In this document: piece by piece, positions 60,733 to 64,000 of the stretch
Position numbering within the stretch: the first letter of the stretch is position 1
Layout: each line of letters begins with the position of its first letter
Assembly (NCBI GenBank): GCA_938004065.1
Contig: CALKWM010000041.1
Coordinates: 26,889 to 90,888, forward strand
From: an uncultured bacterium
GTDB lineage: Bacteria; Patescibacteriota; JAHJAL01
Reading direction: 5' to 3'
DNA length: 64,000 nt
Program-made: the position numbers and the translations under genes
Notes under the pieces: model-generated
The model's database searches: none
Seen by the model: only the letters and a program-made list of their open reading frames with translations
What the model was told of the DNA's origin: nothing

Positions 60733-61959
60733 TTAATTATTTATTTTTCTTATCATCGAATATTCAGGAAATTCATATCCAGCCACATAAAATACAAAAT
60801 TGGTATTCACCACCTCTCCCAAATCATTCCCATCAATATCTAAAAACTTTTCAATTTTCATTTCCTTGATCCCCAAAGGTGTGATTACATCCAAACTATC
60901 ACCTAGTTTAATCTGATTACGAGCTTCAATTTTTAACAAATCCCCTACTCTACCTATCACTTTGCCAACGAACTGTTTTTCTTTTTCTTTTCTTTGAAAT
61001 TCCAAATTAACCATATTGGCCCCATCCGCTCCAAAAAAACCAGTGGTATAATTTCTACTTGTGGCGGCCTGTAATTCATTTAAATATCTCGATAAATTAT
61101 TCTTATACTTATCCTTATTTTCAAAATAATCATCCATTGCTTGCCGATACACACTTACCACATTTGCCAAATAGTATTCACTCTTGTTGCGGCCTTCAAT
61201 TTTCCAGCTCATCGCTCCCGTTTTAATCAACTCATCTATCATTTCAATCAAACACAAATCTTTTGAATTAAAAAAATAACTTCCTCGCTCATCCTCCTCG
61301 ACCTTCATAAACTCACCCGGTCTGGTTTTCTCTTCCAGATAAAAATCATAATTCCACCGGCAACAATGCGAACAATCACCCTGATTGGCATCCCTGTTAG
61401 TTAAATAATTACTGATATTGCAACGACCGGAATACGACATACACATCGCTCCATGCACAAAAATTTCCAGATCAATTTCCGGCAATTTATTTTTAATATC
61501 TTTTATCTCCTTCCAGTGCAATTCTCGAGCCAGTATCACTCGTTCAAATTTGGACTGATCAACCCACCATTTTACCGCTCGCCAATTGGTAATATTGGCC
61601 TGTGTACTGATATGCAAAGGGGTATTTATCTTTTCATCAGCTATTATTCCCATCACCCCCGGATCAGCCACAATCAATGCATCCGGATTTATATTTTCCA
61701 GCTTATGTAAAAACTCCGGTAGCAATTCGATGTCCTTGTTTTTGGCAAAGATATTGACCGTCACATAAACTTTTTTGCCCAATTTATGAGCATAATCGAT
61801 ACCCTTAGCCAAACTTTCCATATTGAACCCAATCTCCTTGACTCTCATCCCAAACTCCGGTACTCCGGCATATACCGCATCCGCCCCATACAAAAAAGCA
61901 ACCTTCAATCTTTCCAAATCTCCCGCCGGCGCTAAAAGCTCCGGCTTCTCTTTATTCAT
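60733..61959 (-). CDS. Peptidase U32-family Fe-S protein (TrhP/YegQ-like tRNA hydroxylation)
   Basis: PELLAPAG, GADAVYAG, HISTQAN, LAREL, EIFVHGAMCMSYSGRC, CSHCCRW, KIEGR. Confidence 0.9.
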   Translation of the reverse strand: MNKEKPELLAPAGDLERLKVAFLYGADAVYAGVPEFGMRVKEIGFNMESLAKGIDYAHKLGKKVYVTVNIFAKNKDIELLPEFLHKLENINPDALIVADPGVMGIIADEKINTPLHISTQANITNWRAVKWWVDQSKFERVILARELHWKEIKDIKNKLPEIDLEIFVHGAMCMSYSGRCNISNYLTNRDANQGDCSHCCRWNYDFYLEEKTRPGEFMKVEEDERGSYFFNSKDLCLIEMIDELIKTGAMSWKIEGRNKSEYYLANVVSVYRQAMDDYFENKDKYKNNLSRYLNELQAATSRNYTTGFFGADGANMVNLEFQRKEKEKQFVGKVIGRVGDLLKIEARNQIKLGDSLDVITPLGIKEMKIEKFLDIDGNDLGEVVNTNFVFYVAGYEFPEYSMIRKINN

Positions 61960-62061
61960 AATACTTTATTAATAATATCTTGATCAATTCTAACATTTTT
62001 AAAATAAAAATACTTTTCCTACCCCATAGACAAAAAAAGACATCCACATAGAATCTCTTTG

Positions 62062-62152
62062 CTTATTGTTTATTGCTTATTGTTTATTGCTTATTGCTTA
62101 TTGTTTATTGTGTATTGCTTATTGTGTATTGTTTATTGTGTATTGTTTATTG
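62062..62152. repeat. 13 tandem NNTATTG heptamers
   Basis: cttattg/tttattg/tgtattg x13 immediately after the M23 gene stop. Confidence 0.95.
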
Positions 62153-62153
62153 C

Positions 62154-63359
62154 TTAATACGGCAAAGCAATATCCAAAAACAAATGCGGATTTACACTAT
62201 TTCCAAACGCATCATTTATCTCAAAATGCAAATGTGGACCGGTTGTAAAATACCCCGCCCCTCTCGTGCCAGGCGCACCACCGGAAAGTCCGATTGCCTC
62301 ACCACGCGACACGTATTGACCATTGGAAACAAAAATCTCACTCATATGTAAATACTTGGTTAAATAGCCGTTTCCATGTTGAATCGCAATGTAACTAAGT
62401 CCGGAATTGCCGGAATCATACGCCACCACCACCACACCACTGGCTGCAGCATACACCGGTGTACCTTGACCGGCCGCTAAATCAATCCCGGTATGTGGGA
62501 ACCCGAAACCATAATACGGATCCATATAATCACCACCAACCACACTAACTCTATTGAACCCCGCCAAAGGATAACCGAAACCATCACCACCGGATAAATT
62601 TGGATATTCAATTTCCAGTTTTTTTCTGGCTTCCTCGATCAATCTGTCAATCTCCGATGAAACGGATTGTTCTTCGGCAACCGCATCCGCTAGCTGTCTT
62701 TGAAACTCCTCTTCCTCTCCCTTGGTTTGTTCCAGCAACAAATTTTTGGCATCCTTTTGACTCTGAAGTGCGGATTGTTCTTCTTCCTTTCTCGACAACA
62801 AATCTTCCAACTCATCTTTCTCTCCGTTCAACTGCACTCTTTGCGCTTCCAAATTACTCTTAATTTTATTTATTTCCGTTATTGTTATCCTCACCTGCTC
62901 CTTGACCGCTTCTACATATGTTACTTGTTTAACAAAATCGGAAAAATTTTGCGAGGACAGCAAAATCATCACCACATTTTGTTCACGTTGTTCATACAAC
63001 ATCTGTAAACTCTCATCGAGAATCACTTTTTGATAATCAAGCATCCTCTGCTGTCTGGCAATTTCATTTGTCAATACATCAATCCTGTCTTGCTTTTCAG
63101 TAATCTGATACTCTGTATCTTTTATCTGCAATCCCAACTGTTCAATTTTTGCATCAAAAATTGCAATCTGATTTTCCAGATTGACAGACTCATTTTTCTT
63201 TTGTTCAACCAATTTATTTATCTCATCCATCCGATTTTGGATCTCTTCTCTTTGTTGTTTCAAATCATTGACACTTTGGGCATGCAAAAAACCACCACTT
63301 ACCAAAATCAGTGCCAATATCATAACTATACAAATTCTATTCCAAATGCTCTTCATCAA
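62154..63359 (-). CDS. Coiled-coil M23 peptidase (EnvC/murein hydrolase activator-like)
   Basis: Signal peptide, long coiled coil, HTGID, YLHM, TGPHLHFE; downstream of ftsX. Confidence 0.92.
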   Translation of the reverse strand: MMKSIWNRICIVMILALILVSGGFLHAQSVNDLKQQREEIQNRMDEINKLVEQKKNESVNLENQIAIFDAKIEQLGLQIKDTEYQITEKQDRIDVLTNEIARQQRMLDYQKVILDESLQMLYEQREQNVVMILLSSQNFSDFVKQVTYVEAVKEQVRITITEINKIKSNLEAQRVQLNGEKDELEDLLSRKEEEQSALQSQKDAKNLLLEQTKGEEEEFQRQLADAVAEEQSVSSEIDRLIEEARKKLEIEYPNLSGGDGFGYPLAGFNRVSVVGGDYMDPYYGFGFPHTGIDLAAGQGTPVYAAASGVVVVAYDSGNSGLSYIAIQHGNGYLTKYLHMSEIFVSNGQYVSRGEAIGLSGGAPGTRGAGYFTTGPHLHFEINDAFGNSVNPHLFLDIALPY

Positions 63360-63463
63360 AAACCATTATCCAATGAATTAAAAAAAATATACAATAAGCA
63401 ACAAACAATATACATCAATGAGTAGTGCAAAATAAAAACTTGAAACTTGCTACTTGATACTTA

Positions 63464-64000
63464 TCATTTAAGGTGTTTTCTAATCGCCACAAACGCACTT
63501 GCTACACTGATAGTAACACCAAGCAATATTTGAAACGCCAAAACAAATAGCAAATATTGGGCAACAAAATCGTTGAAAAAACCTCCTGAAAGACCGAGAT
63601 AAGACTGAGCGATCAAAGACACATAATACCCGATTGCTGTCACAAATATAGTCGATAAAATCGCCGCCAACAAGCCATACAAACCGCTTTCTATCAAAAA
63701 CGGCGCATGCACAAACCAATCCGTCGCCCCCACCAATTTCATAATCTCAATCTCATCCTTACGCGAAAATATTGCAATTCTAACCGTGCTAAACACCACC
63801 GATACGGCAATTATTATAAATATCAAACCAATCAATATTCCCGCTTTTTGCACAAAATCAATTACACCGATCAATTTTACAATTACCGCTCTATTTCTGG
63901 AATAACTACTGGAATATATCATATCTTTGTAATCATCTCTTTCAACCACTTGACTTACTTTGTCCAAATCACTGGTATTTTTGGTCTTTACCACCAAACT
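63464..64000 (-). CDS. ftsX: Cell division permease FtsX, 5'-truncated by window edge
   Basis: TVRIAIFSRKDEIEIMKLVGATDWFVHAPFLIESGLYG, ends AIRKHLK. Confidence 0.92.
   Translation of the reverse strand, partial: SLVVKTKNTSDLDKVSQVVERDDYKDMIYSSSYSRNRAVIVKLIGVIDFVQKAGILIGLIFIIIAVSVVFSTVRIAIFSRKDEIEIMKLVGATDWFVHAPFLIESGLYGLLAAILSTIFVTAIGYYVSLIAQSYLGLSGGFFNDFVAQYLLFVLAFQILLGVTISVASAFVAIRKHLK

Noticed and set aside
60470-60869. ORFs 60470..60733 (-) and 60543..60869 (+)
   Set aside because: They span the MITE/palindrome and show no protein-like features.
62066-62351. ORFs with repeated YCLL motifs
   Set aside because: Products of the NNTATTG array, antisense to the M23 gene.

Overview
AT-rich bacterial chromosomal segment, standard genetic code. 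Gene content suggests a Patescibacteria/CPR organism (inference): C-terminally short AlaRS, ftsA next to a baseplate-J-like gene, split transketolase, a VirD4-like ATPase, a sigma4/winged-helix protein and a giant LamG surface protein. From 1 to 47.3 kb genes lie almost all on + (alaS, ftsA-like, ruvX, mltG, mreBC, recG, rsmD, comEA, truB, rmuC, pentose-phosphate genes, 3040-aa adhesin, LytS/LytTR pair, L,D-transpeptidase, recR, corA, cysS, dus, rluD, manC, secDF, rluA). From 47.3 to 64 kb they lie on - (three TIM-barrel paralogs, VirD4-like ATPase, clpP, tig, pgk, gap, SPFH, U32, M23, ftsX). There is one tRNA-Leu(TAG) and no CRISPR array, rRNA or transposase. Most notable: (i) a GAF-less LytS/LytTR pair followed by a near-perfect BtsR-type direct-repeat box in front of an orphan 86-aa gene; (ii) a dinB cassette with two TTAAC-N6-GTTAA operator-like boxes and an adjacent XRE-like HTH; (iii) a triplet of divergent TIM-barrel paralogs next to an 11-6-11 Xer/dif-like site; (iv) MITEs with TIRs and target duplications, nested REP-like palindromes and heptamer arrays, some inserted in frame into dinB, truB and rluA; (v) an adhesin and a pilin-like gene separated by two unannotated 33-aa ORFs. 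All family assignments come from motif recognition by eye, not database searches.
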